A stretch of DNA of 64,000 nucleotides. It comes from an uncultured Gammaproteobacteria bacterium. Its GTDB lineage: Bacteria > Patescibacteriota > Patescibacteriia > Magasanikbacterales > GWA2-37-8. Both the position numbers and the translations under genes were made by a program. Shown here piece after piece: positions 43,907-54,473 of this stretch. Position 1 is the first letter of the stretch. The number at the start of each line of letters is the position of its first letter. Below the pieces are notes generated by a model, which made no database searches, was not told where the DNA came from, and was given only the letters and a program-made list of their open reading frames with translations. The DNA lies in contig CAZINT010000001.1 in assembly GCA_964540825.1 (NCBI GenBank), positions 348,565 through 412,564 of the forward strand, read 5' to 3'.

Positions 43907-45296
43907 AGGGCCTCAAACTCTGGCACTAAGCATTGAAGTATACGAAATGCTTTATGGTGGTGCCAGAGGTGGAGGCAAGACAGAAGCCGGTATCATGTGG
44001 CTGATCTCTGACGATTACTATAAGAATGGTTTGTTTCGAGGTTTGGTCATCCGTAAGAACTTTACGGATTTAAGCGATTGGGTTGATCGTGCTGAGCGTA
44101 TCTATGTACCGCTCGGCGCTCGACGAGTCGGCGATAACTTTCACTTCCCCAGCGGCGCGAAGATTCTCACGGGCCACTTGAAAGACAAGAGTGCTTACGA
44201 AAAGTACCAGGGCCACGAGTACCAGCGCATGTTGATTGAGGAGTTAACGCATATTCCCCGGGAAGAAGATTATTTGAAGCTCATTGCCAGTTGTCGCTCT
44301 ACAGTACCAGGTTTAGTTGCTGCGATATTCGCCAGCGCGAACCCTACTGGCCGAGGACATACGTGGGTAAAGAAACGTTTTGTTAAAGGACCCGGAGTTC
44401 CAAAGTACCCGACTACGATTTTCAAAGATCCGGAGAGTGGTCGCACCAGAATATTTATCCCGGCTGACATTGAGGATAATCCGACGCTCATTAAAAACGA
44501 TCCAGGCTATGTTAATTTCCTAAACTCCCTTCCTGCTAAATTACGCAAGGCTTGGAGGCAAGGGAATTGGGATATTACTGACGGCCAGTTCTTTGAGGAA
44601 TGGCGACAAGATGTGCATGTCTGTGTTCCGTTCGATATTCCCAAAGAGTGGAAGCGGTTTATCTGTATGGACTACGGTTTTGCCAAACCGTCCGCTGTGT
44701 ACTGGTGTGCGGTTGATCCAAAGACTGGACGGGTTTACACCTACCGCGAGCTCTACGTTACCCAGCACACCTACGAAATGCTTGCTGAGGCAATCTGCCG
44801 GTTAACTCCTGCCGAGGAGCGTGATCTGATTGATTGGATGGTAGCTGATAGTTCGATAAAGGATAGTGGCCAAGAAACTGGCCGCACCGGTCTCGATATT
44901 ATGGAGACGACCTTTATTGAAAAGAATTGGATGCTTTCGATCCGCATGGCAACTAAGGGTCCGGGAAGCAGAAAGAATGGTTGGAACTTGGTTCGAAGCT
45001 ATCAACGCGTTCAGTATAGCGAGGAAGGCCTCCCGATTACACGCTGGCAAGTCTTTGATACTTGCGTGAAACTGATTGAGGTATGGCCGCAACAGATGTA
45101 TGACGATCTTGATCCTGAAGATTTGGACACCGATGGCGAGGACCATGCGCCTGACGCAATCCGGTACGGCTTACGCGCTCTCAATGAGCCGTGGGATCAG
45201 AAACCGAAGGAGCCGCCACCGCCACCATCAAACCCTGTACTGACTGATGACGAGCTTTACTATCGTATTGAAAAACAAAAAAAATATAGACGTTAA
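43806..45296 (+). CDS. terminase large subunit (ATPase plus RNase H-like nuclease)
   Basis: Walker A 'YGGARGGGKTEAG', C-terminal nuclease acidic residues; true start uncertain (in-frame TTG 43878 would cut the ~100-nt overlap with TerS). Confidence 0.75.
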   Translation: MNCQSAMPQLSTDNPSLNQKQESTLTPTKWTPHEGPQTLALSIEVYEMLYGGARGGGKTEAGIMWLISDDYYKNGLFRGLVIRKNFTDLSDWVDRAERIYVPLGARRVGDNFHFPSGAKILTGHLKDKSAYEKYQGHEYQRMLIEELTHIPREEDYLKLIASCRSTVPGLVAAIFASANPTGRGHTWVKKRFVKGPGVPKYPTTIFKDPESGRTRIFIPADIEDNPTLIKNDPGYVNFLNSLPAKLRKAWRQGNWDITDGQFFEEWRQDVHVCVPFDIPKEWKRFICMDYGFAKPSAVYWCAVDPKTGRVYTYRELYVTQHTYEMLAEAICRLTPAEERDLIDWMVADSSIKDSGQETGRTGLDIMETTFIEKNWMLSIRMATKGPGSRKNGWNLVRSYQRVQYSEEGLPITRWQVFDTCVKLIEVWPQQMYDDLDPEDLDTDGEDHAPDAIRYGLRALNEPWDQKPKEPPPPPSNPVLTDDELYYRIEKQKKYRR

Positions 45297-45302
45297 AATA
45301 TT

Positions 45303-47351
45303 ATGGCTGATACTAAAGTCTTACCATCAGACTCCGACCCGATTGATTGGGCGAAGGATGATGACACTACAATCATTCGTAAGATTAACGCTCGCATCAG
45401 CGACGCTGATTCTTTGCATACCAAGAAGATGGCAGAGTATAAGCGAGCAAGCGCATACTTGGACGGTCATCCTGAACGCGTTGACTCTACAAAAGAGGCC
45501 ATGATTTTTAATCCGATCTTTCCTATCGTTCGTAACATGGTAGGGCTCACGACGGACTCCCGGCCACACCCTAGCGTCAAGCTCAGTCGCATACCGAAAG
45601 ATATGTCGCGTGAGGAGATTCAAGGTCTCATGGAGACTGGTGATAAGCTTGAGCATAGCCTGGATGATTGGTGGGAAGATGAGCGTATGCAGAGCGCCTT
45701 GCAGAGAATTGTTTTAGGGCTTTACACCTATTCCGACTTCTTCCTTGTTCCGTATTGGGACGAAGAACGGGGCGATGTATGTGTTTATGAAGCCTCACCG
45801 AAACATATCAAGCTCGATCCAAATGCGGACCGGGCTTCCGAGGGTGACTGCTTCATTCTCGAGATATTCCGGTCAAAATCAAAAATGTACGCCCAGTTTG
45901 GCGAGGAGAAATGCAAGGACCTTGTATTCTCTGATCATAAGGAGCTCCGGGAGTTTGAGCGTGATGGCGTTGAGAATGATTCCAATACTAAGTTGATGAA
46001 GAATGTTTGTAAGCTCGAGATTTATATTGAACGTGAATGGTGGGTCTACAAGTCGGGAGACAAGATTCTCGATAAGATCCCTTCACCGGTGTACGTCCCC
46101 GATGCTCTCAAGCAGAAAGAACGGATGAAACAATCGGTTGAGGCTAAGTACAAAAAAGGAGGAATAGGCGGAATGATAACCAGTGCGGCAGATACAATCA
46201 AAGGCGCTTTAGGAATGGAAACAACGGATGACAAAATGGGGGTAGAAATTGATCAGATGATGGGAGCCTTCGAGCCGAAAGAAAATTATCTCCGCTATCC
46301 TAAGTTGCCCATCATTCACTTTGAGACGTACAGGATGAGTGGTGAGCTCTACTCGCGCTCTACAATGGAGCTTTCCATCTCGATCGTAGACGAGATCTCT
46401 CAGCGCAAACAGGACATTTCACTAAACTCGGCTTCGACCGGTAAACCAAACACAGTCGTTGACGGAAACCTGTATAACGAAGCTGATGCTGATAAATTAC
46501 AACTGGGCTCTGCCAATAATGAAGTTGTTCGTCTCAAGACTACGGGTGGTAAGTCATTAAACGACTCAATCCGTGTTCTTCAAGGAACACCGTTACCGGC
46601 TCAATTCTTCGATGACCTGAATAACAGCATGGCCCAGCTCGATACGCTCTGGGGTCACCACGAAGTCAGTAAGGGAGCTGGAGATCCATCGAGCCGCACT
46701 AAGGGAGGCATCCTGGCTCTACAGGAGGCCGATCAGACACCGATCCGCTATGTTTCAAGGAACATCGAGGACGGTTTGCAAGAGCTCTTTGAGTGGGTGG
46801 TACAGATCCGTAAGCTGAAAATGAAGGATGGCATTTCAGTAGGGGAAGATTATATTGATTATTCTGAGGTAACTTCGATGCACCGTACGTTTGTTAAATC
46901 TGGTTCGATGATGCCGGTCAGCAAAGAGCAGCAGCGAACCCAAGCACTCGAGGAGTACAGATTGAGCGCAATTGATCCGCTGACTTACCACGAACGGGTT
47001 GGTGATGCAGATCCCGAAAAGACTGCGAAACGTCTGGAAAGCTGGCTACAGAGCAAAACCATTTTGAGCGATGACATTGGCAACCAGCAGGAGCGCGTCG
47101 TTGAGAAGCTCAAGCTGATTAAAGCCGGTAGACAAGATGAAGTCCAGGTTGAGCAAGATGATGATCCTACGGTGCACCACGATATGCTACTTATGGCTCT
47201 AAAGTCCGGACAGTTCTCGCCCGAGCAGGAAAAAATCATTGGCGGTTTGATTGAACAATACGCCCAGTTAGTACAGCAAGGTCAAGGCCAGCAGCCACCT
47301 GCGGGCCAGCCCACCGGTCAACCACCGGCTGCGACACCTGAAGTAGCTTAA
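45303..47351 (+). CDS. putative portal protein
   Basis: 682-aa ORF immediately after TerL, size and position typical; Gln/Pro-rich C-terminal tail; no motif-level proof. Confidence 0.5.
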   Translation: MADTKVLPSDSDPIDWAKDDDTTIIRKINARISDADSLHTKKMAEYKRASAYLDGHPERVDSTKEAMIFNPIFPIVRNMVGLTTDSRPHPSVKLSRIPKDMSREEIQGLMETGDKLEHSLDDWWEDERMQSALQRIVLGLYTYSDFFLVPYWDEERGDVCVYEASPKHIKLDPNADRASEGDCFILEIFRSKSKMYAQFGEEKCKDLVFSDHKELREFERDGVENDSNTKLMKNVCKLEIYIEREWWVYKSGDKILDKIPSPVYVPDALKQKERMKQSVEAKYKKGGIGGMITSAADTIKGALGMETTDDKMGVEIDQMMGAFEPKENYLRYPKLPIIHFETYRMSGELYSRSTMELSISIVDEISQRKQDISLNSASTGKPNTVVDGNLYNEADADKLQLGSANNEVVRLKTTGGKSLNDSIRVLQGTPLPAQFFDDLNNSMAQLDTLWGHHEVSKGAGDPSSRTKGGILALQEADQTPIRYVSRNIEDGLQELFEWVVQIRKLKMKDGISVGEDYIDYSEVTSMHRTFVKSGSMMPVSKEQQRTQALEEYRLSAIDPLTYHERVGDADPEKTAKRLESWLQSKTILSDDIGNQQERVVEKLKLIKAGRQDEVQVEQDDDPTVHHDMLLMALKSGQFSPEQEKIIGGLIEQYAQLVQQGQGQQPPAGQPTGQPPAATPEVA

Positions 47352-47355
47352 GCCT

Positions 47356-47544
47356 ATGCCAAAAGAATACGAAGAAATGCGTGACAAATTTATCAAAGAG
47401 GGAATGAGCGAGAAAGAAGCTAAAGCCAAGGCGGCCAAACTCTACAATGATAAACACAAGAAGAATCCGGTTAAGGATGATGAGAAAAAAGAAAAGGCTC
47501 ATGAGGAAAATAGTTATGGTAAGTTCGCTAAAAAGCTGAAGTAA
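47356..47544 (+). CDS. hypothetical small Lys/Glu-rich protein
   Basis: 62-aa ORF. Confidence 0.35.
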   Translation: MPKEYEEMRDKFIKEGMSEKEAKAKAAKLYNDKHKKNPVKDDEKKEKAHEENSYGKFAKKLK

Positions 47545-47642
47545 AAAACAATTTAAAAAAGTTTGCAAACTTTATCCCTTGAAAGGCATGGCCATGCTTT
47601 TAAGGAAGTGGTTCTGCAAACTCCACTTCGCTTAAAAGCGCC

Positions 47643-47675
47643 GGTCGTGTCTTCCAAGGACACGACCTTTTATTT
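47643..47675 (+). terminator. Rho-independent terminator
   Basis: GGTCGTGTC-TTCCAAG-GACACGACC then TTTTATTT. Confidence 0.5.
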
Positions 47676-47739
47676 ACCGCTCCTCGCTTACAGGCAGTCG
47701 CAAGGCTCTCCTCGAAGGCGAAAGTGGAAATGTATTTTT

Positions 47740-48705
47740 ATGCCAGAACAACCAATCGTCCCCGAAGGTCTCTCCATTTCTGAAGCATTTGATAAAGGGC
47801 TCGCAGCCGACGCCGCGCAAGTTGGTGGCGGTGGAAGTCCAGATAATGCCAACAATGGCAGTCCAACAACCGGAGGCGACGGTGCTCCGCCGAAACCAGG
47901 AGAACAAGGAGGTAAACCACCGCAACCACAGCCCGATCCTGAAGAAATTGATGATGACGGAAATCCTATTAAAAAAAATGATTCACCTCCGACTCAACCG
48001 ATTATCGATCCTGATACCGGTAAGTACGTAGGTGAATACACTAAGGAACGGTTTGATGGTCTGATGGGTCAGTGGCAGAAAGATCGTGCCGAAGCACTTC
48101 GTGTAGCTGATCTTGAAAAGGAAATTGCCCGGCTCAAAGGTGATGGTGGAGGGGACGGAAAGCCAGCTGTTCCTGGTACCGAACCTCAAAAAGACTTCGC
48201 ACTTCCTCCGGAGCTCGCTAACGCTGATGAGGAAACAAAGAATGGTTATCAGGTTGTGATGCGAGGCATTCAAAGTCAAATTTCTGGGCTTGAAAAGAAT
48301 ATTTTAAGCAAAGTCCTGGGTGTTATAAACGCTCCTCTCAAGGAGGAAAATGAGATAACAACCAAAATCAGTAGTGAAATGACCGAGCTTAAAATTTCCG
48401 GCGGCAAACTCTTTGCTGATAATACTAAGGAAATCCTTGATTTTGCAGCTAAAAATGAGTACCCACTCGGAACACTCAAACAGGCTTTCAACGCCTGGAA
48501 GAACGAGCAGGAACTTACCGGAAGAATCAAGACGCTTGAAAAAGGCAAAGAAGTCATTACAGAAATTGAGAAGGAGGAAAATAAACGCGGCACGCTTCCA
48601 AAAACTTCTAAGACTGTTGCCGACACCATGCCAAGTTTTGACGTGGAACGTGATGGGAGCAAATCTATGGATGATATTTGGGAAGAAGCCAAGAAACTCA
48701 TTTAA
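47740..48705 (+). CDS. putative scaffolding/head-assembly protein (acidic, coiled-coil-rich)
   Basis: Start moved to ATG 47740 after terminator; Gly/Pro-rich N-term then coiled-coil; lies between portal and capsid. Confidence 0.4.
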   Translation: MPEQPIVPEGLSISEAFDKGLAADAAQVGGGGSPDNANNGSPTTGGDGAPPKPGEQGGKPPQPQPDPEEIDDDGNPIKKNDSPPTQPIIDPDTGKYVGEYTKERFDGLMGQWQKDRAEALRVADLEKEIARLKGDGGGDGKPAVPGTEPQKDFALPPELANADEETKNGYQVVMRGIQSQISGLEKNILSKVLGVINAPLKEENEITTKISSEMTELKISGGKLFADNTKEILDFAAKNEYPLGTLKQAFNAWKNEQELTGRIKTLEKGKEVITEIEKEENKRGTLPKTSKTVADTMPSFDVERDGSKSMDDIWEEAKKLI

Positions 48706-48725
48706 CTTACTTATTAAATATTACT

Positions 48726-49730
48726 ATGGGAGTCGTTGACTGGGGTCGTTTGACCTCTATAACACAATCACTTGTGTTGCCCGCTGTAGTGCACCAGCTG
48801 AAGACTGAAAAACCTCTCTTGGGTTACCTTCTTTCTAAGGCCAAGAAACGCACTTCTGGCGGTGTTCGTATCGAACAGCCGGTTACGTACGCACGTAATG
48901 CTAACGGAGGTTGGTATAACGGTAACGAACGCTTGAACACCAACCAAGAATCAACCCGTACCCGCGCCTTCTTCGACTGGAAATCCATTAACCAGCCGAT
49001 CGTGATCAACAACATGGAACAGTTCAAGAACGGTGCTAAAAGTGGTGATAAGGAGCAAATTGTTGAGCTCCTCAAACAGGAAATGGAAGAAGCTAAAGAA
49101 TCCATCTCCAACAACCTTGTTTCTGCCGCTTTTGGCGATGGAAGCAGCGCAAGTATTTCAGGTGTCCTCAACAGCTCAATGAATGGTCTCCGTAATCTTA
49201 TTGATGATGGTTCTGAAGTTACCTCTTTGGGTGATATTCCTTACGCATCGTATGCCTGGTGGCAAGCTCAGGTAGAAGCCGGAGTTGGCTCTCTTACCTT
49301 GGCCCACATGGCGGTTCAGTACAGCGCCGCTTCGAGCGGTATGACTGGGGTTGAAGCAGTAGATAAGATTTTCACCACCGAAACATTGCTCAACGCCTAC
49401 GAAGCACTCCACCAAGCAAACATCCGCTGGAACAACCCGGGCTCTGGCACCACCATCAATCCTTCAGGAATGAAGCTGATGTACCGTGGCGCTGAACTCG
49501 AAGCAGACGAAGGCTGCCCAAGCGGTTACATGTTCGGTATGAACTCTCGCTATTTTGACTTCCTTGTTGGTGATCACCCTGACTTCCCAACCGATAAGAA
49601 CGGTTTTGCTGTTTCTCCAATGCGCGAACCAGTTGATCAAGACGGCAAGGTTGGCTTTATCCTCATGTACTGCCAGCTCATCAACAAACGCCCATCTCGC
49701 AGCTTCAAATCCTACGGGTTGACCGCTTAA
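48726..49730 (+). CDS. putative major capsid protein
   Basis: ~335-aa ORF after scaffold-like gene; start at ATG 48726; position-based. Confidence 0.45.
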   Translation: MGVVDWGRLTSITQSLVLPAVVHQLKTEKPLLGYLLSKAKKRTSGGVRIEQPVTYARNANGGWYNGNERLNTNQESTRTRAFFDWKSINQPIVINNMEQFKNGAKSGDKEQIVELLKQEMEEAKESISNNLVSAAFGDGSSASISGVLNSSMNGLRNLIDDGSEVTSLGDIPYASYAWWQAQVEAGVGSLTLAHMAVQYSAASSGMTGVEAVDKIFTTETLLNAYEALHQANIRWNNPGSGTTINPSGMKLMYRGAELEADEGCPSGYMFGMNSRYFDFLVGDHPDFPTDKNGFAVSPMREPVDQDGKVGFILMYCQLINKRPSRSFKSYGLTA

Positions 49731-49763
49731 GAGTGGGTTTAAATCACAGTTAACATTATCCCT

Positions 49764-50015
49764 ATGGGGAACAGAAACCATGCCGAACATCACTCATCGT
49801 TTAAATACGACGACGTGGAAAATAGTTCGGAAACCTGGGCTTCTGGTAACACTAAGACCGTTATAAATGCGGCAGTACGCTCCAACAGCTTTATCCTCAT
49901 TATGTGGGGTGGAGCACATGCTGGCAGCTACTACGTTACTTGTTCAAATGGATCTTTCACTGTTACCAACAGCGAAGCTCTCAGCGGCGTCCCATTTAAA
50001 TATCGTATTCTCTAA
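49764..50015 (+). CDS. hypothetical phage protein
   Basis: 83-aa ORF. Confidence 0.3.
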   Translation: MGNRNHAEHHSSFKYDDVENSSETWASGNTKTVINAAVRSNSFILIMWGGAHAGSYYVTCSNGSFTVTNSEALSGVPFKYRIL

Positions 50016-50019
50016 CCCT

Positions 50020-50709
50020 ATGCAAAACAAAAATCTATTGAAAGGGATCGGGGTTGCGGTATTGGGAGTGCTGATCATCGGCATTGCCGGGGCCAGCGCC
50101 ATGCCAACCCCCGGAACATTCATGGATAAACTTGCTTATTTTGCCGGTATTCGCCTTGGCGATAACCTCGCAGAGCAGGTCAAACATGATGTTTCCGTCT
50201 CTCTCCAATCCGGAGATCCACAGGATAGTCAGTTCTATTCTGAACAGCGCGAAGGTGCAGCTGGTGATACTTACAGTTTGCCTAAAGTGGCACAATCGAT
50301 TGTTGCGACGAGCACGGCGGTTGGTGTTACTCAGCTTAATTCAGCTTCGACCACTTATGGTCAAATGCTGAATCCAACAAGAGCTAACGGTGGACGTACT
50401 CGCTATCTCACTAGATTGTTGTTCGTGTCTCAAGATTCTTCAGGTACTTACCTGAGCGGCTCCTTGATCATGGACTTTAACACTTCAACCAATCAGTACG
50501 CTTCAAATACCGTGCCGATTGCTTCGAATGCGTTTACCACGTCCACACAACCGGTCGAGCTCGGATTCAACATGTCCTCCACCACGCTGACAGCAGTAAA
50601 TCAGTGGAAGCATATTTGGAACCCGGGTGAGTTCTTGAACTGTACTACCAACCGGATTACCTCCTCGACGTACGGAACGTGTTACGCCGAGTACTTAACT
50701 CTTGATTAA
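50020..50709 (+). CDS. hypothetical structural protein with N-terminal TM/signal
   Basis: Start ATG 50020; Ser/Thr-rich. Confidence 0.4.
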   Translation: MQNKNLLKGIGVAVLGVLIIGIAGASAMPTPGTFMDKLAYFAGIRLGDNLAEQVKHDVSVSLQSGDPQDSQFYSEQREGAAGDTYSLPKVAQSIVATSTAVGVTQLNSASTTYGQMLNPTRANGGRTRYLTRLLFVSQDSSGTYLSGSLIMDFNTSTNQYASNTVPIASNAFTTSTQPVELGFNMSSTTLTAVNQWKHIWNPGEFLNCTTNRITSSTYGTCYAEYLTLD

Positions 50710-50718
50710 CATAATCCT

Positions 50719-51183
50719 ATGCCGGAAATTCAAAGCGACGTTAACACCCTAGGAGGTGTTTGTGGCGCGATCAAAGTGGAGGGAAACAGAGAGTTTATCT
50801 ACGCCTATTGTGCCGGTGCCGAAACCCGGGGCAATGTTCGTGTGATCACCTTTGATGGTGATGAAGAAACCAACCCAACAGCTGCTACGCCTGCTACGAG
50901 CACGGTGTACCAGCGTGTTGTGGTGGCGACTCAAACCACGACTGCCGCAGGTTTCCAATGGTACCAATACAAGGGCGATGCCGAAGCCTTGGTTGAAGGT
51001 ACAACCGACGTTGCTAAGGATGACTTCCTTGAAGTCTTGAATACCGAGACTTCCTTTAAAAAGGACGCTTCATCCCGCAGCACGAACTCGGTTGCTATCG
51101 CCCAAGAAGCACAGGCAGCCAACTCTGCTGTACTGACCAACATCTACTTGCTAGGTGAACGGTCGCTTGTCGCCGCTTCCTAA
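50719..51183 (+). CDS. hypothetical phage structural protein
   Basis: 154-aa ORF. Confidence 0.4.
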   Translation: MPEIQSDVNTLGGVCGAIKVEGNREFIYAYCAGAETRGNVRVITFDGDEETNPTAATPATSTVYQRVVVATQTTTAAGFQWYQYKGDAEALVEGTTDVAKDDFLEVLNTETSFKKDASSRSTNSVAIAQEAQAANSAVLTNIYLLGERSLVAAS

Positions 51184-51190
51184 GCTTTTA

Positions 51191-51215
51191 GCTCCGCTCT
51201 GTTTCAGGGCGGAGC
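51191..51215 (+). terminator. hairpin GCTCCGC..GCGGAGC
   Basis: 7-bp stem, AT-rich tail. Confidence 0.35.
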
Positions 51216-51244
51216 AATAAAGTTTATTCATTAACCATATTTTT

Positions 51245-51802
51245 ATGGCTAATAGCAATGTCGTAACGTTGGATCAAGTGCCAAAAGACTTTGATCCGGA
51301 AGTAGTTAAGGGTGTTTATAACCCTTTAAATGTGGAGTTTTCCGTCCTATTTGGGGGAAAAGAAGTAGTTCTGGGCCCTGGCGAGTATAAGCCTTTCCCA
51401 GAAACAAAAGCGGTCCATATCGCCAAACACCTTGCGAAGAAAATTCTTACTTCCGGCATGAATGATTTTCTACTCAAGAATTTTCCAGGCATGGATGAAA
51501 TGGGTCGTGAAAAATGGAAGATGAACATGAAGACGTTTTATACCAAACAAGACGTGGTCCAGCTGGCAACTCAGCTTGTGTTCGACTTTGAACTTGGTGA
51601 GCCGCTCCCAGCCAAAAAGGAGCTTGAACACAAATTTAAAGAAAGAATGGTTAGTGAAAAAACCGATGCCACAGTTGCCGCAAAGGAACCTTCTGAAGAT
51701 GATTCCGATGATGATGAAGACGGGGTAGATGCCAAAGAAGGCAAGCAAGCTGGTGCAAAGTCTGCCCCTATAAAAGGTGGCACAGTAGCAAAAGGAAAAT
51801 AA
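51245..51802 (+). CDS. hypothetical phage protein with acidic C-terminus
   Basis: 185-aa ORF. Confidence 0.4.
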   Translation: MANSNVVTLDQVPKDFDPEVVKGVYNPLNVEFSVLFGGKEVVLGPGEYKPFPETKAVHIAKHLAKKILTSGMNDFLLKNFPGMDEMGREKWKMNMKTFYTKQDVVQLATQLVFDFELGEPLPAKKELEHKFKERMVSEKTDATVAAKEPSEDDSDDDEDGVDAKEGKQAGAKSAPIKGGTVAKGK

Positions 51803-51812
51803 TTTAAAAAAA

Positions 51813-51833
51813 ATCAGAGGCTAATCCTCTGAT
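51813..51833 (+). terminator. hairpin ATCAGAGG-CTAAT-CCTCTGAT
   Basis: Perfect 8-bp stem. Confidence 0.35.
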
Positions 51834-51892
51834 TGGGGAGAGCGATGAAAGTGGGTTCCCTCCTTCCTGCCTGTAATCGTAATTCCCAGTAA

Positions 51893-52606
51893 GTGGATTA
51901 TATGAAACTCACAACTACACTCCAAAATTATCGTGATGCTATTAAAAAGAAATTGCATATCCCTGTTGGCCAAGATAATGGCGAATGGTCGGATGAATAC
52001 ATAATGGATGCAATTAATGAATCGCGCCGTGCATTTTGGGAGAAAGCACGTTATCGCGCTAAATACGGCGTTGCTTATTTTGATACTGCCGTGGGCGTAG
52101 CTGAGTATGATCTGACAGCAAAGAGTATTGAGGACATTGATTTTGTTCGTTACTACAATGGCACGCGCAGAGTCATTTTAGACTTTATGCCGCTGGAAAG
52201 TTACCTCGCTGCTACAGAAACGGCACAGAGCGGCGAGCCGCGCGGTTGGACCATATTTGATAATGAGCTAAAGCTCTATCCAACACCTCCGGCCGTTGTT
52301 GTGCATGGTATCGAAGTCTGGGGCACAAAAGAGCTTACCAATTTGGAAGCAGACGGAGATGTTGATGGCGATATTGAGGATAGGTACATGCCCTTGATCG
52401 TACGCTACGCTCTGGGTTTGTGTTGGGATGAAGCAGAGCAACATGATGAAGCTAACCGCCACTATACTATTTTTGAAAAGCGTTTTGATGAAGCTGCTTT
52501 TGCCATCAATAGCATGACGATGGGACAAAATACGCCTGGCGCTGGACGACGTCCTCGCCGAGATAATGAGCTGAGCGAACGCAGATTTAATACTCCTATT
52601 GGTTAG
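51893..52606 (+). CDS. hypothetical phage structural protein
   Basis: 237-aa ORF. Confidence 0.4.
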   Translation: MDYMKLTTTLQNYRDAIKKKLHIPVGQDNGEWSDEYIMDAINESRRAFWEKARYRAKYGVAYFDTAVGVAEYDLTAKSIEDIDFVRYYNGTRRVILDFMPLESYLAATETAQSGEPRGWTIFDNELKLYPTPPAVVVHGIEVWGTKELTNLEADGDVDGDIEDRYMPLIVRYALGLCWDEAEQHDEANRHYTIFEKRFDEAAFAINSMTMGQNTPGAGRRPRRDNELSERRFNTPIG

Positions 52607-54305
52607 TATGCCAGTGATTGGAAAAAAACAATTCAATGGCGGTGTGAACGAGGAGGACTTCTTGTCCGATCTTGATGCCAATGAGCTGCGTAAAGCAGTT
52701 AATGTTGTTTTGACTAAAAGCGGTTCTTTGAAAAAAAGAGAAGGGACGGAGCAGTATGGTACCGACGTTGGAACAGATCCCGTTTTTGCTCTCAAGGGTT
52801 TTACTGATGATGGAGGTGTGATGCGCCGGTTTAAGATGATCGGCACCACTTTAGTTGAGTACAGCGCTGGCTTATGGAACACCGCAGTTAAAAGCAGTTT
52901 AACGGCTGGCAAATACTTACGAATGAGCGATATTAAGGTTGCTTCTACAACACCAACAGCCTCCGGATTGACGGCTACAGCTGGGTCAGATTATTCCCTT
53001 ACAGATACCGGCATTGCTTGGACCCCAAATGCTTATCGAGACTTTATTGTAAAAATTACTGGTGGAACTGGTGCTGGCCAGGTAAAGACTATTTTGGAAA
53101 ATACCACAGAAATTCTTTATGTTGATGGCAGGTGGGATGTTAACCCTGATAGTTCCAGTGTCTATTCAATTTTTCCAAAAGTGGTTGCGCTGGTTTGCAA
53201 CAACGGAACCGACACAGCCTTTAAGGTAATTCAAACTACCGCCACGGATCTCACCACGGTTCCTAAATTTACCCAGCAAGTTGTCGTTAATAATCGTTTG
53301 TGGGGCATTTTGGGTACCAAGGTCTACTGGTCCGATCTGGCCAACGGTGAGGCCTTTGCTGGTTACAGCTACATTGATACCGGCGAGGATCTAGTTTCGA
53401 TCGGCCAGGCTGGGGACTCGGTTGCGGTCTACTCAAAGACGAAGACTGGCCGGGTATCTGGAACTAGCCCTGACACCTTCAATTTTAAATGGCGCGATAA
53501 AGCCCGTGGCTGCATTGCTCCTAACTCGGTAGCTGGATGGGGGATTTTCAGCATTGTACTCGCCCAGGACGGGGTTTACGCCTTCGATGGGGAAACAAAC
53601 CACCTGGTCAGCAAAAAGGTCGCACCGTCCATTACGGCAATGAAATCAAGCCTTAAAGCAGACAGTTTCGGCTTCGTTTTTGAGAATAAGTACTATTTGC
53701 TCTACGCCACGAATAGTACGAGCACGGTAAAAGATAAAATGCTCGTTATGGATCTGATCTGGTCAAATTTGAGCGATCTAACTGGTTACGGTGGGGTTTG
53801 GACCCATTTTGAGGGTATCAATTGCAACGTCATGGGTGTCTTTAGCGACTCGAACGGGCTTAACAAATTGTATGTTGGTAAGTCGGACAATTCGAAGGTG
53901 GTAAACCTCTACAATGGCGGTTACAACGACGAAGGTTCATCAATCAAGTTCGATGTTGAGGATCGTGAATATGATAACAATTCAGTGGGCACCATGAAGA
54001 AGCTGGGATGGTTTTACTACGAAGGGGCCATGCAGAGTGTAACTAGCACTTTGCAGGTATATAAAAATCTCGATGCTGCCGGGTTTGAACTGGTTGGAAC
54101 GATCAATCATTTACAAGCCGGTGCTCTCTGGGATGTGGCAACGTGGGACGTAGGGGTTTATAGCGAAGCTAATCGAAAGATCCAGCGACTCCGGCCCGGC
54201 GGCCGAGGCCGTACCTGGCAACCAAAGTTTTATAACAATGCTGCTGATGAGCCTATTGAGATATTCAAGTACGAACAGCAGATGGAATCTTATAAGTATC
54301 ACTAG
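52599..54305 (+). CDS. hypothetical large phage structural protein (tail/baseplate candidate)
   Basis: 568-aa ORF in late module. Confidence 0.45.
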   Translation: MVSMPVIGKKQFNGGVNEEDFLSDLDANELRKAVNVVLTKSGSLKKREGTEQYGTDVGTDPVFALKGFTDDGGVMRRFKMIGTTLVEYSAGLWNTAVKSSLTAGKYLRMSDIKVASTTPTASGLTATAGSDYSLTDTGIAWTPNAYRDFIVKITGGTGAGQVKTILENTTEILYVDGRWDVNPDSSSVYSIFPKVVALVCNNGTDTAFKVIQTTATDLTTVPKFTQQVVVNNRLWGILGTKVYWSDLANGEAFAGYSYIDTGEDLVSIGQAGDSVAVYSKTKTGRVSGTSPDTFNFKWRDKARGCIAPNSVAGWGIFSIVLAQDGVYAFDGETNHLVSKKVAPSITAMKSSLKADSFGFVFENKYYLLYATNSTSTVKDKMLVMDLIWSNLSDLTGYGGVWTHFEGINCNVMGVFSDSNGLNKLYVGKSDNSKVVNLYNGGYNDEGSSIKFDVEDREYDNNSVGTMKKLGWFYYEGAMQSVTSTLQVYKNLDAAGFELVGTINHLQAGALWDVATWDVGVYSEANRKIQRLRPGGRGRTWQPKFYNNAADEPIEIFKYEQQMESYKYH

Positions 54306-54473
54306 TATATGGACGATCCACAAAATAAACCTGATCCCGGCACTACCGAAAATTATATTGTCAGTATCACAGTGCCACGCAGTCCACGTCCGGGCACGCA
54401 GTGGTTCAACCCTTCGGACGGAAAACTTAAAATTTTTAGAGACACCCGAAACGGGTGGTCAAACATTAACTAA

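Noticed and set aside
47563-47739. N-terminal 59 codons of the scaffold-like ORF
   Set aside because: The region contains palindromes (GCATGGCCATGC, GTTTGCAAAC) and a clear Rho-independent terminator (47643-47675). The real start is probably ATG 47740.
49867-50019. 5' extension of ORF 49867-50709
   Set aside because: It overlaps ORF 49764-50015 in another frame. ATG 50020 directly follows that gene's stop and begins a signal/TM segment.
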